From positions 42,198-106,197 of the IMG/VR virus record IMGVR_UViG_3300036794_000053: a stretch of 64,000 nt of DNA. One strand, given 5' to 3'. The stretch is from a virus. Lineage: Duplodnaviria; Caudoviricetes. Each line of letters begins with the position of its first letter. Position 1 is the stretch's first letter. The notes beneath the pieces were generated by a model. The model ran no database searches. It was given only the letters and a program-made list of their open reading frames with translations, and had not been told where the DNA came from. Positions 37,967 to 48,246 of this stretch are shown piece by piece. Made by a program: the position numbers and the translations under genes.

Positions 37967-38431
37967 ATGACCGCGTATGAGGCGACTACGGGTTCAGCTC
38001 TATCGGGCACTATAGGGCTGTCGGTAACCGCTGCCACATATGAGGCGAGAATCGCGCAAATCGTATTCAGCGGCGGCTTCACCGACACCGTGGGCGGCAC
38101 ATCTTCAGTTTTCCTTGCGAACGTTTACAGTGGTTCCACAGTTTCCGGCGGATCGGCGGGGCCTGGTTTTGCGCTTCGTCAAGGTGCGCCGACAGGTGCA
38201 GCAACAGTGCGCGTGAGTCCTACTGTCTCAGCTTTTGGCACCCAGCTCGATGCTAATGCAGGTCTCGGCGGTGGGTTTAGTTACACGCACCAATCGCCAT
38301 ACGACTTCATCATTTCGCCAGGCACTACCGTCGTCGCTGAGATGTCTTCTTCAGGTAGCGGCAGCGGCACCTTTACAGAGCTCTGCATCACTATCTATTA
38401 CGAAGAGTTGCGGCTTTCTTGGCCTTACTAG
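37967..38431 (+). CDS. Virion-associated beta-rich protein
   Basis: Ser/Gly/Thr-rich; atypical, lower-GC codons. Confidence 0.6.
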   Translation: MTAYEATTGSALSGTIGLSVTAATYEARIAQIVFSGGFTDTVGGTSSVFLANVYSGSTVSGGSAGPGFALRQGAPTGAATVRVSPTVSAFGTQLDANAGLGGGFSYTHQSPYDFIISPGTTVVAEMSSSGSGSGTFTELCITIYYEELRLSWPY

Positions 38432-38456
38432 CCATTCGGCTAATTGGAGTTTGCTA

Positions 38457-38900
38457 ATGGCTAACTTTGTGTTCGAATACGCGTATGGCCGGTGGATCGA
38501 TAAATACAGTTTGCCGCTCGGTGGGGACAACATTCTCATCGTCCTTGTTCAATCAAGCGGCTTGCCGTCTGATGGGACGCTCGCCGGTTATCAATACCTC
38601 TCTCAGGTGTGGAGCGGCGGTGGCGTAGAAGCCGCTTTTACGAATTATTCAAGACAGTCAGTCACTACCGGAATCACGATCACTGTCGGCGCAACGACCA
38701 CAGTGGGCATCGCCAACCAAGTGTGGAGCGCAGCTGGTGGCGCGACGAATAACACTTTAGGTGCGTTGCTCACTTGTTACAAGCCGACGTCGATCAGCAC
38801 CGATTCAAGCATCCTGTTGTTGACCAAGCATGATTTCGTGGCCACCACAACCGGCGGCAACTTGACTGCGGTTATCTCGGCTATCGGCACGGTGACCTAG
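38457..38900 (+). CDS. Minor tail protein
   Basis: 'MANFVF...EAAFTNYSRQ...HDFVATTTGGNLT'; GGAG RBS. Confidence 0.7.
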   Translation: MANFVFEYAYGRWIDKYSLPLGGDNILIVLVQSSGLPSDGTLAGYQYLSQVWSGGGVEAAFTNYSRQSVTTGITITVGATTTVGIANQVWSAAGGATNNTLGALLTCYKPTSISTDSSILLLTKHDFVATTTGGNLTAVISAIGTVT

Positions 38901-39686
38901 GTGCCGGCCACTTTGCAGTTCTTCGACATGAGCGTCTCGGTCACCCCGCCGACTGGCCATATGGAGCCGCTGCCGATCGTGTTGGGCCCGAACTGGGAAC
39001 CCAACGACTACCGGCTCCTTTTCTTCTCCGGGTCTGGCCAAGAGCAGCAGTCGGCTGGCGTGACCGCGACCGAGATGAAGATGCACTCCGACCCGCCTAC
39101 TACATTCACCACCGCTTATGCACTGAATGTAGGCAAGGAAACCCACGGTGTCTACTACCGGCAACTACAGTCCGGTGATCTGGACCAGTTTGTGACGTGG
39201 GCGAAGCCGTCAAACTGGCGTCACTTCATGGTCGGGTTCCTGACTGTTCGTGGCGTGAATCCTGGGAGCACCATCACGGCAGGGTCATTGTCGGGTTGGC
39301 GTGGTGGCGCCAATGGAATCCAGTACACCGTCGCTGACGCGACAAACTCTGCGACGGTGACCTCGGTAACTGTTCCGAGTGCGGGCACGATGATTTTCTG
39401 TGTAGGTAATGTCTCGGCCCCTACGCAAATCAACTGGCCGAGCTGGCCAGTGGCGATGGGTGTTCCGTCGGGGTGGACGGCATTGGTGGCCACGGCGAAC
39501 TCCGGTGACACGTTTTACGAGTACGACACGAATCCGTGTGTGGACATTGTGGCCAACTCGTACGGCTCGTCTGGGTCGACGGGAAGCGTCGTGTTCCCCG
39601 CTGGTCAAGGCAGCCCAGCTTTCGCTGGCTTGTATTGCTTTGTCACTCCGGCACCTGATGTGTCGGTGAATGTGGGGGCGGCGTAA
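38901..39686 (+). CDS. Minor tail protein
   Basis: Beta-rich ORF coupled on both sides. Confidence 0.65.
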   Translation: MPATLQFFDMSVSVTPPTGHMEPLPIVLGPNWEPNDYRLLFFSGSGQEQQSAGVTATEMKMHSDPPTTFTTAYALNVGKETHGVYYRQLQSGDLDQFVTWAKPSNWRHFMVGFLTVRGVNPGSTITAGSLSGWRGGANGIQYTVADATNSATVTSVTVPSAGTMIFCVGNVSAPTQINWPSWPVAMGVPSGWTALVATANSGDTFYEYDTNPCVDIVANSYGSSGSTGSVVFPAGQGSPAFAGLYCFVTPAPDVSVNVGAA

Positions 39687-41308
39687 TGGCTGAGGTCGAT
39701 ACCGCGTCCGCGATCACCGCCAGTCTGTCCACCGCCGTCACCTATGCGATTGCCCCCGCAGCCGAAATCGATTCGGCGGGGCAAGTGTTCAACCCGCTCG
39801 TCGGATACTGGCTGTCTGATCCGTTGACGCTGCCGGGTAACCCAGTGACCGGTTCTGTTGTGCGCTGGACCGAAACCACTCCAGTCAATACAACGGTCAC
39901 AGTCGAGACCAGCATCAACAACGGGGCCAGCTGGGACCTTGCGGTTAACGACCAGCCCGTTCCGCGGCTGCTGCAGGGCGATACCACTACTCAATCGGTG
40001 CAGGCGAGAGTAACGCTGACTCGGGCCGCAGCGCCGACGCTCTACCCGAGCTCGTCGCTCTACCCAAGTCCGTCGCTTTACCCGACCGGTTCGCCGCCGT
40101 CGGTGAGCTATTTCGAAATGGACGTGTCGGTCGACGCCAGCGTGGACGAGCTGGTGCCGATTGGTATGGGCATGATTGATGACGTCACCACTCACGCTAC
40201 GAGTGGCACGATGGGTTCGGGTTCGAGCACCAACGTTTCCACGAGTACTTCGGTGGTGAGTCAGGGTGGCGGCCAGTTCGGCGGTGGTATCGCTATCAAG
40301 GTGCACGCCCAGGATTTGAGCTATGCGATCAAGCGGAACGTGTGGGAGCAGCCTTTCACGGTACCGAGTGGGTTGTTGTACACCGATGCTGTTAAGGCGA
40401 TGGTGGTTGATCGGTTGCCGTCGCAGACCGCATTCAACTTGTCGTCCACTACGGCGACTACCCCGTTGCTGTTGTATGGCGCGCAGCAGGGTGGCGACCC
40501 GTGGACGGACGTTCAAGAGCTGGCGGCGGCGATTGGTTTCGAAGCGTTCTTTGACGCTACTGGTGTTTTTGTGTGTCGTCCGGTGCCGGACCCGTCTACG
40601 GGTGATCCGGTGTGGGCTTTTGATGAGACTGTTGTTCCGTTGGTGGCTGAGGCCCAGTTCGCTTTGTCGAGCGAGCAAACCTTCAACGACATTGTTGTGG
40701 TTGGTCAGAGTACGAGTTCGACTAACCCGTTCAGCGCGGAAGCATACGATAACGATCCGAACTCGCCGACATACATCCTCGGGCCGTATGGGCGCGTGTC
40801 GGAACGAGTCAACTCGTCACTGATCACCAGTCAGTATCAGGCGCAGGCCATGGCCTACGCGGCGTTGTATGCGTCGTTGGGTGCCGCGAACACGGTCACG
40901 CTCACGGTTGTTCCGATGCCGGCGTTGGAGCCGGGGGACATTATCAAAGTGGTGTGCGGGAATGTGAAAGCGGACGGGACCTACATGATCAACAGCATGG
41001 TCACACCGCTTTCGCCGGCTGATCCACAGCAGCTGACATGTTTCCGCCAGTCGACTTTCGGCACCACCGGACTGGCCGGCGCATTCTCCGTCACCGACGG
41101 TGTGACCGTATCCGGCTCCTCAACCATCACATCGAATACCGCGAACTTCACCAGCGGCGATATCGGCGCCTCCGTCTACGGCGACGGCATTCCGGTAAAC
41201 GCCACCATCATCTCGGTCACCAACACCACCACCGCGGTCATCAGCGCAAACGCCACCATCAGCGCCACCAACGTCTACATCGTCGTGAGTGTCGGCTCCG
41301 GCACATAA
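39686..41308 (+). CDS. Minor tail protein carrying the C-terminal part of a DUF5047-like hub
   Basis: 'ELVPIG', 'DPWTDVQELAAAIG..AFFDATG', 'DNDPNSPTY..GPYG', 'PALEPGDII'. Confidence 0.75.
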   Translation: MAEVDTASAITASLSTAVTYAIAPAAEIDSAGQVFNPLVGYWLSDPLTLPGNPVTGSVVRWTETTPVNTTVTVETSINNGASWDLAVNDQPVPRLLQGDTTTQSVQARVTLTRAAAPTLYPSSSLYPSPSLYPTGSPPSVSYFEMDVSVDASVDELVPIGMGMIDDVTTHATSGTMGSGSSTNVSTSTSVVSQGGGQFGGGIAIKVHAQDLSYAIKRNVWEQPFTVPSGLLYTDAVKAMVVDRLPSQTAFNLSSTTATTPLLLYGAQQGGDPWTDVQELAAAIGFEAFFDATGVFVCRPVPDPSTGDPVWAFDETVVPLVAEAQFALSSEQTFNDIVVVGQSTSSTNPFSAEAYDNDPNSPTYILGPYGRVSERVNSSLITSQYQAQAMAYAALYASLGAANTVTLTVVPMPALEPGDIIKVVCGNVKADGTYMINSMVTPLSPADPQQLTCFRQSTFGTTGLAGAFSVTDGVTVSGSSTITSNTANFTSGDIGASVYGDGIPVNATIISVTNTTTAVISANATISATNVYIVVSVGSGT

Positions 41309-41322
41309 GAGAGAGGTGCGAT

Positions 41323-41640
41323 ATGGCGACAGGTTCCGCCGTGGATCGGGCGGCGCGCGCCATCAAACGCGCGAACACAACAAGCCCAGCATGGGTGCAA
41401 CGCCGCCAACAAGTATCAATGCACCAAGGCACCCTGACCAGGGTCGACGTGTTCAACGGGGTCGCCGACTTTCAATTCCCGGACCCCGGCGGACTCATCG
41501 TTCCGTCCGTGAACTACGTGCGCCCGTATAGCGACAGTAATCCGCCGTCGGTCGGCGATGTGGTGTGGGGAATGCACAATGGGACCGACTTCATGATCTG
41601 GGGCCAACATGTGTCCCTCAACGGATTCGTGAGTATGTAA
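41323..41640 (+). CDS. Small tail/baseplate protein
   Basis: GAGG RBS; 'Y....PSVGDVV' OB-like pattern. Confidence 0.6.
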   Translation: MATGSAVDRAARAIKRANTTSPAWVQRRQQVSMHQGTLTRVDVFNGVADFQFPDPGGLIVPSVNYVRPYSDSNPPSVGDVVWGMHNGTDFMIWGQHVSLNGFVSM

Positions 41641-41960
41641 TGGATCATCTGTCGTTCGGTTATGTCCCAGCGCCGGGAGTGATGTACCTCAGTCAGTACA
41701 GCGACTTCGTGACCGAGATCATCTCCAATACTGGTTCGTGGCCGGGTGGTGCCGTCATCGAGTTCCGTTTCCTCCCCAGCAACATGGCGACGTTCACCAC
41801 CTGGCCCGGCACGATCACCGGCGCCACCGCCTCGTGGGATGTGTCCGCCGCTGATGTGGCGCAAATACTCGCCGGTGGGGCGGATCAGTACCAGTTGATG
41901 TACACCGCGAATTCGATTCCGTTGGAGTGGTCCAAGGGCCAGATCGTGGATGTGTCATGA
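41640..41960 (+). CDS. Small tail protein (LtfC-like)
   Basis: 'GYVP..MYLSQYSDF...W.GT....ASW...WSKG'. Confidence 0.55.
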   Translation: MDHLSFGYVPAPGVMYLSQYSDFVTEIISNTGSWPGGAVIEFRFLPSNMATFTTWPGTITGATASWDVSAADVAQILAGGADQYQLMYTANSIPLEWSKGQIVDVS

Positions 41961-42307
41961 CCTCACCTTTCGAGTTCCCCAGCAGCGTGACGGTCGCCCC
42001 GCCGGCTGTTCCGCAGCTCGTGATGGCGCCACCGCCGGCACCACAAGCGATCGTGATGCCGATCGTTGGGCCACCAGGTCCGCAAGGACCGCCCGGTGAC
42101 AACTCGACGGCGCTCCAGTATCAGACATCGGTGATTAACCAGGCCGTGGTCACGGTGAATCACAACCTGGACTTCTACCCGGCCGGCATCGTCTGCATGG
42201 ATAACAACGGCACTTTGACCCAGTACGGCGCCGTCTCCTATCCGAGCGTCGGAACTTTGATTCTCACCTTCGGCTTCTTGTTCACCGGCGACATCTTCTT
42301 GTCTTAG
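41957..42307 (+). CDS. Tail protein with a short collagen-like repeat
   Basis: 'GPPGPQGPPG', 'VNHNLDFYP'. Confidence 0.65.
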   Translation: MTSPFEFPSSVTVAPPAVPQLVMAPPPAPQAIVMPIVGPPGPQGPPGDNSTALQYQTSVINQAVVTVNHNLDFYPAGIVCMDNNGTLTQYGAVSYPSVGTLILTFGFLFTGDIFLS

Positions 42308-42319
42308 GAGTGTAGTTCT

Positions 42320-43444
42320 GTGGTTGCAATCCGGTACGCCGCCAACATTGACTTGACCAGCTTTGCGCTCGTGCACGCGATGCTCGACCCAGTGACCAGC
42401 GACCCGACCGGTTTGGGCACCGGAGATGCGGGCCGTGTCTGGTACCGCAGCGACATCCCTACGTTGAAGACCTGGAACGGCACCGGCGCCATCGATATGT
42501 TGGCCCGCGCCAGCCAGACCGGCACCCAGACCGCTTCGACGATTAGCGACTTCACCGCCGCAGTGAACGCGCTGCGGTGGGAGTCGATGACTGCGCCGAA
42601 TGCCGCCGTGAATATGAACTCTCAGCAGTTCAGCTCCCTAGCTGCCGCGTCGGGCTCCGGTCAGGCGGTGGAGTATGCCCAGTTCAACACCGCACTGACC
42701 AACCTGAAGTCAGGTTTGGATTTCAAGGGCACCGAGGCGACCGTGGTGGCGACCGCGAACGTCAGCCTTTCGGCGCCGGGTGCCACGATCTCCGGGCACA
42801 CCATGGCCGCCAATGACACCGTGTTGTTGACCGCGCAGTCGACCGCGACGCAGAACGGTCTGTACAACTGGGTTGGCGCGAGCTCGGCGTTGACTAGGAC
42901 GGCGGACACGAGCACGACCGGTTCGATCTATTCGGGCACTATGGTCGCGGTCGGCGATGCCGGCACCACTGACCCGGGCACTGTGTGGATGCAGACCACA
43001 GTCGGTACCGGCTCGAATGGCGCCATCACTATCGGTACCGACAGCATGACCTGGATTCAGCCGTTCACCGCGACGACCTATAGCGCGGGCAACGGTATCA
43101 CCATTACTGGGTCGACGATCGCCGCATCGTTGGGTACTGGGTTGACCTTCAGCGGCTCGACCATTGTCCCCGACTTTACGGTTGATTCGCAGTACCAGGA
43201 GTCAATCGTCCCGACTGCATCTACTGGCAAGTGGACTATTAGCGGTGCGGTGGGCACGTACAACCATGCGTTGGGGTCCTACGCGCCGGACGTACACATC
43301 TATGTCTATACGTCGCCAGCATCGGGCTTCACCCAGGGCGATGAGGTCGAAATGTATGTGAATCGTTCTGACGCCAACAATGTCCAGATCACGTTCCCGG
43401 CCGCGCCGGCCTCGAACAACTGGATCATCCGTGTTGCGCGATGA
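42320..43444 (+). CDS. Tail fibre-like protein
   Basis: 'VATANVSLSAPG...VLLTAQSTATQNGLY...TRTAD'. Confidence 0.7.
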   Translation: MVAIRYAANIDLTSFALVHAMLDPVTSDPTGLGTGDAGRVWYRSDIPTLKTWNGTGAIDMLARASQTGTQTASTISDFTAAVNALRWESMTAPNAAVNMNSQQFSSLAAASGSGQAVEYAQFNTALTNLKSGLDFKGTEATVVATANVSLSAPGATISGHTMAANDTVLLTAQSTATQNGLYNWVGASSALTRTADTSTTGSIYSGTMVAVGDAGTTDPGTVWMQTTVGTGSNGAITIGTDSMTWIQPFTATTYSAGNGITITGSTIAASLGTGLTFSGSTIVPDFTVDSQYQESIVPTASTGKWTISGAVGTYNHALGSYAPDVHIYVYTSPASGFTQGDEVEMYVNRSDANNVQITFPAAPASNNWIIRVAR

Positions 43445-44067
43445 CCATCCAGTTCACCTTCACAGCGCCGATCCTGCTGCCGGCCGATCCGACCTTGGCG
43501 TTGCAAGCGTCGACCAAACAATATGCCGACACGAAAGTACCCAGCACCCGGAACGTGAACTCGGGTACCGGGTTGTCTGGTGGTGGTGCTCTCTCGGCGG
43601 ACTTAACTCTCGCGGTTAGCTATGGCACCACTTCAGGTACTGCCGCGCAAGGTAACGACACCCGGATCACTGGTGCCGCCCCGGCCGCCTCGCCGAGTTT
43701 CACCGGAACCTCAACCTTCGGCGGCGCGATGGTGCAAACACCAGTCGCGCTCACCGACGCCAGCACTATCGCGGTGAACGCGGCACTGGGGAACATGTTC
43801 CGAGTCACGCTTGGTGCGAGTCGGATCATGGGTGCGCCGTCGAATGCCACTGACGGTCAGATGATCCTGTTCGCCATTAAACAGCCGTCCTCCGGCGGTC
43901 CGTTCACCATCTCCACTTGGACTACCGGCACCGGCGGTTACGAATTCGGTACCGACGTTACGTCGCCGACGTTGTCCACGACCGCCAGCAAAATCGACTA
44001 CATCGGTTTCATCTACAACAGTTCCGCCAGTCTTTGGCACTGTTTGGCGTGGGCGCGAGGCTACTGA
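43441..44067 (+). CDS. Tail fibre-like protein
   Basis: 'LTDASTIAVNAALGN.FRVTLG', 'PTLSTTASKIDYIGF.Y'. Confidence 0.7.
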   Translation: MTIQFTFTAPILLPADPTLALQASTKQYADTKVPSTRNVNSGTGLSGGGALSADLTLAVSYGTTSGTAAQGNDTRITGAAPAASPSFTGTSTFGGAMVQTPVALTDASTIAVNAALGNMFRVTLGASRIMGAPSNATDGQMILFAIKQPSSGGPFTISTWTTGTGGYEFGTDVTSPTLSTTASKIDYIGFIYNSSASLWHCLAWARGY

Positions 44068-44759
44068 TGGCAGTCGCGTTCGGGGCCGTCGGTTCTATTC
44101 CCACGTCAGGCACCTTCGGTGCCGGTTCGCTGGCGTGTCCGTATCCGACCGGTATCGTCGCCGGCTCACCGCTGTTGCTGTTCTGCAAGATGGCCGCGGG
44201 TACTGGCACGTGGACCACGCCGACCGGCTGGACCCTCCAACAAAAAAACAACAACATCCTGTCCGAGCTAGGCGTTGCGCTGTTCACGAAGTCGGCGGTG
44301 GGTAACGAGTCCGGCACCCTGACCGTCGCCAACGGTGGTACTGCCGGCGTCGAGCATATCGCCATGTTGCGCTACACCGGCAACAACACGACCACACCGC
44401 TCGGCGGTTCTGCTCTTGCGGTTAACGCCTCGAATAGCACCACGTCTCCCACGCAGGGAACGGTCTCTCCGGGCGCGAATGACATGGTGGTGCGTTGCTA
44501 CTGCTGGGGCCAGGCGACTGGTGCGACTGGTGGCACGCTTACCTTCCCGACGGGAACAGCGTGGACGTCCCGGTTGAACTTTGTCACGGGCAACGGTAGT
44601 AGCACGAAGAACTGTGGCTGTGTGATCGTGGACAAGATCGCGGGTACGGACACTCAAACTGTCACGGCGAACTCCACGGGCGCATGGGGGGTTATCGACA
44701 TCGTTGTTCAAGCGCCGGTTACGACCAGCCCTGCGCAGTTTTTGCCGTTCTTTATGTAG
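44067..44759 (+). CDS. Virion beta-sandwich protein
   Basis: 'TTPTGWT'; TGATG coupling. Confidence 0.65.
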   Translation: MAVAFGAVGSIPTSGTFGAGSLACPYPTGIVAGSPLLLFCKMAAGTGTWTTPTGWTLQQKNNNILSELGVALFTKSAVGNESGTLTVANGGTAGVEHIAMLRYTGNNTTTPLGGSALAVNASNSTTSPTQGTVSPGANDMVVRCYCWGQATGATGGTLTFPTGTAWTSRLNFVTGNGSSTKNCGCVIVDKIAGTDTQTVTANSTGAWGVIDIVVQAPVTTSPAQFLPFFM

Positions 44760-44768
44760 GAGAGTCCC

Positions 44769-45944
44769 GTGAGTTATCCATCTGATCCAGTACCGAATTG
44801 GCAGGACTCTCCGTCCGCGGCGACGCCGCTTGATGCCGCGAACCTGAATGAAGACAGCGCCGCGATTGAGCAAATCCAGGCGTTTCTGCCGTCGCTGCAG
44901 CTGTACATTCCGTTCACCGCGGTCCAGACCGCCAGTACTGTCGCCGCAGTAGCGAACCAGTTTGTTTTGGTGAGTACCGCCTCGACCGCGGTGACGGTTA
45001 ACTTCCCGGTTGCCCCGGCGAACTTCGCCGTGGTCGGTATCAAGATGGTCGCGCAGGCCAGCACTAATATGGTGACGGCGCAGCTGGGTGGCTCGGACAC
45101 GTTCGACGTGACGGGCGGCTCAACGACGGCCACGCTCAAGCTGCTCAATCAGGGCGCGATCTGGCAATACAACTCGTCGACCGCCGTGTGGGTCAAGATT
45201 TCCGACAACCTGCCGCTATCGCAGCTGGACCTGCGGTATGTCGGGTCGGTGGCCGCTGGGGATAGCACGATCACGATGGGCGGCACCGCGACCGCGCCGA
45301 CGGTGAAGGTCGCTCAAGCTAACCTGACGATTGCTGAATCGCAGGTCACTAACCTGACCAGCAACTTGAACAGCGCTTTCGGCGCGGGCGGTCAGTGGGC
45401 TCCTAATGTGTTTTCCACGCAGGTGGAGAACATGGAACGCGGCGTCGTGGGCAACAGCAGCCTGATCATGACAGGCACCACCCGCACTTGGTTGATCCTG
45501 TTGGGGTTGTGCCCAGCCAGTACGTACGCGTCATTCAAGCTGTTTCTGTCTCCGGCGGCGTCGGGTACTGCCGGCACGATGACGTGTGCGCTTTTCAGCG
45601 GCTCGTCGCTCACGTCGACCTCGTGGTCGCGTTTGGGGTCGGGGAACGTCACGATGGGGTCGCTCACCACAGCCGGGGTAATCACTACCTCGTTGGCGTT
45701 CACGTTGGCGTCGCCGGCTTATGTTGCGTTGGAGATGGTGGCCACTACCACGTGGGGTACCACCCAGCCGTCCTTCGCTGGGAGCACCGCGCTCACGTTG
45801 ACTGGTGGTTCCGGGTTCATGAATCCGGCTTCTGGTTGTCCGGTGTTTGGCACGGCGAGCGGCACGTCCGCGCCGGGGTCAACCCTGAACCCCACCACTG
45901 GTTTCACTGCTAGTGCTCAGAAGATTTGGTGCGCTCTCGCCTAA
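44769..45944 (+). CDS. Tail fibre / receptor-binding candidate
   Basis: 'WQDSPSAATPLDAANLN..' N-terminus; Ser/Thr-rich. Confidence 0.65.
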   Translation: MSYPSDPVPNWQDSPSAATPLDAANLNEDSAAIEQIQAFLPSLQLYIPFTAVQTASTVAAVANQFVLVSTASTAVTVNFPVAPANFAVVGIKMVAQASTNMVTAQLGGSDTFDVTGGSTTATLKLLNQGAIWQYNSSTAVWVKISDNLPLSQLDLRYVGSVAAGDSTITMGGTATAPTVKVAQANLTIAESQVTNLTSNLNSAFGAGGQWAPNVFSTQVENMERGVVGNSSLIMTGTTRTWLILLGLCPASTYASFKLFLSPAASGTAGTMTCALFSGSSLTSTSWSRLGSGNVTMGSLTTAGVITTSLAFTLASPAYVALEMVATTTWGTTQPSFAGSTALTLTGGSGFMNPASGCPVFGTASGTSAPGSTLNPTTGFTASAQKIWCALA

Positions 45945-45947
45945 GAA

Positions 45948-45998
45948 ACACGCAAAACGTCCCGCCGACCGCGAGTAGGGCGGCGGGACGTTGCGTGT
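45948..45998. terminator. Bidirectional terminator-like hairpin between convergent genes
   Basis: AACGTCCCGCCG / CGGCGGGACGTT stem, extended by ACACGC/GCGTGT. Confidence 0.65.
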
Positions 45999-46004
45999 GT
46001 CAGG

Positions 46005-46241
46005 TTACTTGCACTGCGTGATCGTGCCGGCGAATCCGAACCAGGACAGGAAGATCGGGATAGAGGCGACGCAGTTCGCGGTGGCGGTCCCGGACGAGCC
46101 GGACTTTCCGCTGCTGGAGCCGGTGGAACCACTGGAGCCGCCGGCACCGCCGGCCCCTCCCGGAGAACTCGACGCGTACGCGACGCCGGGACACAAAGCT
46201 AGGGCGACAACCGTCGCGGTGGCCAGACAAGCACGCTTCAT
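46005..46241 (-). CDS. Small secreted protein (signal peptide, Gly/Ser linker, Cys-bracketed hydrophobic tail)
   Basis: MKRACLATATVVALALCPGVAYA signal; 'NCVASIPIFLSWFGFAGTITQCK'. Confidence 0.65.
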   Translation of the reverse strand: MKRACLATATVVALALCPGVAYASSSPGGAGGAGGSSGSTGSSSGKSGSSGTATANCVASIPIFLSWFGFAGTITQCK

Positions 46242-46347
46242 GGAACGCCCCCATGGGGTGGTGTGCGGGTGGTGGGGGCTGGATCGCGCCCCCACATGCA
46301 GAGTCGCACACCCCGGATTTTCTGTTACTGGGCCATTGGGGTGATCC

Positions 46348-46746
46348 ATGCCTGATCAGCCTGACCTCACCCCACGCCGGATGAGGTTCGCTTCGGTGTG
46401 GCGTGTCATGGTCGCGGTCACCGACGTCCTCTATGGCGGGGTGTTCGTTCTCGGCGGCACCGCTCACGCTTCCTACCAGCAGCTGCTGAAACCCACCATG
46501 CCGATTGGTGTGTGGGGTGCGCTATTGGTGTTGGCGGGCGCGTTGTTCGTGTCACGGTATCTGGAGTGGGGCGGCGTTCTGGGCGCGCTGATCTGGACCA
46601 CGTTTTCTGTGGCGTCGATGGTGACGCTGTTTCAACACACCGCCGAGACCGCGACCGGCCCAATCCTACTGGCGGCGTTCGCGGTTCAACACGTGCTCAT
46701 CACTTACGCGGCTGCCGCCGGGTTGGCCGCGCGACGGCGGAGGTAA
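46348..46746 (+). CDS. Four-TM membrane protein (holin-like)
   Basis: Four hydrophobic segments and a basic C-terminus. Confidence 0.7.
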   Translation: MPDQPDLTPRRMRFASVWRVMVAVTDVLYGGVFVLGGTAHASYQQLLKPTMPIGVWGALLVLAGALFVSRYLEWGGVLGALIWTTFSVASMVTLFQHTAETATGPILLAAFAVQHVLITYAAAAGLAARRRR

Positions 46747-46751
46747 AGAGT

Positions 46752-47141
46752 GTGCCGACTGGAGCAGTTCCGCTGCCGTCTAACCCATGGTTGGCGTGGG
46801 CTATCGTCGCGGTGTCCCTCATCATTGCTATCTCGCCGATTATTACTAGTCGAGTGAAGGACCACCTGAATCCGTCCGCGCATATCACAGTTTCCCCGAC
46901 CCCGAGCCCAGTGGCGACGGTCGCTCCGCAGGTTGATGGGTTGAACGCGTTGATGGCGACGCTGGTGGCGAACCTGGAGAAACGCACCTCGGCGGCGGAG
47001 AAGAAAGCGGAGGACTTAGCGGAGGAGAACGGGAACCTTCGGCAGCAGTTGGCGAAAGCGGAGGAGCGTGCCGAGCACCTCAACGCGCGCGTGCAAGTGC
47101 TTACTGACCGTCTGATGCAGCGAGGCCAGCGTGACAACTGA
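46752..47141 (+). CDS. Membrane protein with coiled coil
   Basis: N-terminal TM plus heptad-rich C-terminus. Confidence 0.7.
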   Translation: MPTGAVPLPSNPWLAWAIVAVSLIIAISPIITSRVKDHLNPSAHITVSPTPSPVATVAPQVDGLNALMATLVANLEKRTSAAEKKAEDLAEENGNLRQQLAKAEERAEHLNARVQVLTDRLMQRGQRDN

Positions 47142-47709
47142 TCCCGAGGAGGAGCACAACCCTGAAGAGGTTGTGCAGAAGATCGGTGAACTGTTCGCGG
47201 AAGCGGTGAACGAGGCTGCGCAGAAAGCTGAGCAGAAGGCTGAACAGCAGGCGCCGTATGAGGTGCGGAAGGCGATGCGCCGCTGGTATGGGCTGATTGT
47301 GGTCATGTCGGCGTTGATTGCGTTGGGTGTGTCGTTGGCGGGGTTGACGATCGGTTTGAACGCGCGGGCTGAGGTCGCCGCGGCGCATCAGGCGTACATG
47401 GCGCGGGCGGCGTCGTTGTCGACGCAGCGGCAACGCATCGCGGCGTTGAATGTGTTGTTGGCCCAGCAGGGTAAGCCGACGGTGGAGTTGCCGACTGATC
47501 CGTTGCAGGGGACCACGAATTTGACGTTGGCGAAGGTTCTGTTGCAGTTGCCGAAACAGGTTGTGGCGCCAGGGCCGAGGGGTATCCAAGGAATCCCAGG
47601 AATTCCTGGGCCGCGTGGGCCGCAAGGACCCCCAGGCCCACCAGGACCAATAGGCCCAATGGGGCCTCGCGGCTACCCGGGAAGGCCATTCATCGCCCCG
47701 CCGCGCTAG
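47131..47709 (+). CDS. Membrane-anchored collagen-like protein
   Basis: TM segment plus a C-terminal Gly-X-Y run. Confidence 0.75.
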   Translation: MTTDPEEEHNPEEVVQKIGELFAEAVNEAAQKAEQKAEQQAPYEVRKAMRRWYGLIVVMSALIALGVSLAGLTIGLNARAEVAAAHQAYMARAASLSTQRQRIAALNVLLAQQGKPTVELPTDPLQGTTNLTLAKVLLQLPKQVVAPGPRGIQGIPGIPGPRGPQGPPGPPGPIGPMGPRGYPGRPFIAPPR

Positions 47710-47712
47710 CCT

Positions 47713-48084
47713 GTGCGCATGGTCGGGCGCCATGTCTCCCCACCGTCGCGCAAAACGAGCATGTTCCTCGCGGCCTGCGGCGCCATTTTCTGCGTCTCAT
47801 GGCTGGGTGCGCACACCGCGCTCGCGGCGGCACCAGCTGTGCATGATGGAAAGGACGGTACAAACGGCATCAACGGCCTAGCCGGCAAGAACGGCTCAGA
47901 CGGGGTAAACGGTCACGACGGGAAACGCGGCCCCAGGGGATACACCGGACACAGCGGCTCGGACATTCGGGTTGCCACGTTCAAGTTCCCCTTCGGTGTG
48001 TACGTGTGTCCTCGCGCGGGGGGTAACGATCTGGACCCCTTGTACGACTGCTCGGCTGGCATCCCTAAACCGAAAGGTCCGTAA
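47713..48084 (+). CDS. Secreted collagen-like protein
   Basis: Signal-like segment, GKDGTNGING... repeats, C-terminal C..YxC. Confidence 0.65.
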   Translation: MRMVGRHVSPPSRKTSMFLAACGAIFCVSWLGAHTALAAAPAVHDGKDGTNGINGLAGKNGSDGVNGHDGKRGPRGYTGHSGSDIRVATFKFPFGVYVCPRAGGNDLDPLYDCSAGIPKPKGP

Positions 48085-48246
48085 TGCACTTCGTTATGGC
48101 TGTCCTGATCGCCGCCACAGGTCTCTTCGGAGACGGCGGTGGGGCGCAGGCCTCCCATCACTCGTTCTGTTTCTACCACCCGCACGCCTACGTATGCGTG
48201 CGTCACAACGGTTTCCACCGTTTCCACCGCCTTCATGGAGGGCACC

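Noticed and set aside
37964-38903. Stop-codon readthrough at the TGA-ATG (37966/7) and TAG-GTG (38900/1) junctions
   Set aside because: Abutting genes are common in phage operons; no readthrough signal is evident
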